Shown here: in pieces, positions 61,965 to 64,000 of the stretch | How positions within the stretch are numbered: position 1 is the stretch's first letter | How the letters are laid out: every line of letters begins with the position of its first letter | Source of the DNA: Octopus sinensis | Taxonomy: Eukaryota | DNA: 64,000 bases | Direction of reading: 5' to 3' | Assembly: GCF_006345805.1 (NCBI RefSeq) | Contig: NW_021832971.1 | Span: 1 to 64,000 of the forward strand | Notes under the pieces: model-generated | Seen by the model: the letters and a program-made list of their open reading frames with translations, nothing else | Databases searched by the model: none | What the model was told of the DNA's origin: nothing | Position numbers and translations under genes: made by a program

Positions 61965-62125
61965 ATGTGGTATCTCAAGATGGTTACAATACCAGTGATT
62001 CTAGGAGCACTTGGAATGATCAAAAAAGGAACTGAAGATTATTTAAGAATGATCCTTGGTTTACCCTTCATGCAGGAAGTGCAAAAGATTGTCTTAACTG
62101 CTACGTTACACGTATTGAGAAGCGC
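61965..62125 (+). mobile_element. C-terminal fragment of an RLE-type (R4/Dong-like) non-LTR retrotransposon
   Basis: IPVILGALGMIKKG....L.......VQKIVL..T.HVLR is the typical 3' end of R4-like ORFs. Confidence 0.7.
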
Positions 62126-62355
62126 ATCGTCGCTGGGAATGTTTTTTCCCGTTCCCTCCTTTATTTCCTTTTTCTACATTTTTATTTCTTATTTTTTCTC
62201 TCTGTCTTTCTTCCCCTTTTTCTCTATCACATGACTTTGTAAATGGACAATTTAGTGTGTTTATTTAATAGCCTACCACTATATACAGTGCGTTTCTCTG
62301 CCCTAGGTGTCAGATAGACACTCAGCAAGAAATGGAAACAGAGTTGAAAGAAGAA

Positions 62356-62418
<63 letters not shown>

Positions 62419-62569
62419 TACCTACCTTTTCAGTAATTTCCCGTCGTTTTTCTATCGTTAGTTTGTTTTCCGGATCTGCATATTCCTTCTTGTAAGTTTC
62501 GTTGAAGTACAGGTCCACATTCATCGTCCTTTTCACTGGATCAACTATAATACAGAAAACAAGAAATTC

Positions 62570-62616
<47 letters not shown>

Positions 62617-62836
62617 CAGCAGCAGCAGCAGTAGTAAGTTTCCGGCTTTTTGCGCTCTGACTTCAAAAGCTGCTGTCAGAAGTTAACATTGCCTTTCGTC
62701 CTCTCGAAGTCGATAAATTACCAGTCAAGTACTGAAGCCAAGGATATCGACTAAACCCCTCCATGCAAACACTACTGACCTTTTAACAAAATTAGAAACC
62801 ATTCTTCTTCTTCTTCTTCTGCCTCTTCTTCTTCTT

Positions 62837-62941
<105 letters not shown>

Positions 62942-63119
62942 TAATTCAAGAATGATCTTATTTCCGGTAGAATTAATGTGGGCAGCGAGTTACTACCTGT
63001 AACCTTACATCTGCTCATGATTTCAATAAACCTTCCAACGGCTCAAAACACATCTGATGATCTTTACTATTCTTAACAGGCAAACATTCAGTAGAAACTC
63101 TACAGGACATTCCATTCCA

Positions 63120-64000
63120 ATCTCTTTTAACCATTTCCCTAATGCACCAATTCTTGCAGATTCTTATTAGATTTCGGGCTCTAAATCCCTTACAGATTTC
63201 TTGTCCTAAATCCTCGCTATCACAAATTTTAAGGGATTGTATGTTTTTAACTTTTTACTTTCTTTCTTCACATTCCTTAAACCAAATGGACATGATGGAT
63301 CAATCGTTAAGCAAATTTGTGTTATATCTGGCTTGTTATGTTCTATCTTATGCGTTTGAATTGGAAAATCCCACAAAATCTGGCATTTTTCCGGCTCAAA
63401 CACTCTTTCAAGCCGATGATCGTCCAAGTACTTCCAACTTCAATTCACCATTTCTGACAAAGCTTCCAGTGTAAAACTTTTACAACTTGGCCATGCCTTC
63501 ATTTCTTATATTCTCCTCGGGCTAACTAGCGACATTCTGCAGCAATGTGTTCCATTGTTTCAGCCCAAATTCCACACACTCTACATTTTCCCGATTCCTT
63601 CTCTCCATACACATATTTTCCCGAGTTTTTAACGGTTCATCTCGAGCTGCTATAACAAGGCTCTCTGTTTCTTTTTTTAATTGCCCTTTTTTAACCAAGC
63701 CCAGGTTTGTGTTCCACATACGCCCTCAGTGGCTTTCAAAAACTGACCATGCAAAGGGTTCTCTTCGATCTGTCTGACATGCTCTCTTTGTATTTCATTC
63801 TTGTCCTTTTCTCCTGTTCCACATTTGGTCACTTGTTCTTTATTCATTGCTTTAGTAACTTCGCTTTACTGTTCTATAAATAATCTAGCAGGCTGCTTCG
63901 TTCCATCTGCACAAACTCTTCTACAGAAATTAAACCTCGTCCACCCTGATCTCTCTCCAAGTACAACAGGTACATATCAGCTTCCGGGTGGTGGGTTCCA
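63120..64000 (-). mobile_element. Decayed R4/Dong-like retrotransposon (zinc knuckle and restriction-like endonuclease region)
   Basis: GQLKKETESLVIAA and ILWDFPIQT..IEHNKPDI...ID..CP....KE..K...Y..L motifs. Confidence 0.8.

Overview
Eukaryotic, AT-rich, microsatellite- and SINE-dense genomic DNA. The SINE and repeat types point to a coleoid cephalopod, most likely Octopus (inference). No prokaryotic genes, rRNA, tRNA or CRISPR arrays are supported. Most of the supplied ORF track is spurious: microsatellite translations or antisense frames of coding tandem repeats. The main feature is a giant minus-strand mucin-like gene that the ORF track largely misses because the sense frames lack start codons. 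I reconstructed 7 phase-compatible GT-AG exons from 52259 to 23565. They encode most of one SEA domain, a ~1376-aa Thr-rich exon (about 33x cationic TTPKAKEPI, then about 100x anionic TTVTTEEPT), a complete second SEA domain, and an ~11.6-kb exon of about 425x TTPKAKEPI. The total is above 5,000 aa; the 5' exons were not found. After its first stop the gene runs into ~4 kb of decayed coding repeat and further fossil Ser/Thr/Pro exons. A second layer is four near-intact type I hammerhead ribozymes of the minimal, dimer-type (Penelope-associated) class, plus decayed copies. One carries the compensatory U3-A8 core. Other elements are a CR1/L2-type LINE, a Tx1-clade LINE inserted in a (GATA)n tract with a perfect 98-bp foldback, and mariner, Helitron, RTE, R4/Dong-type and Penelope fragments.
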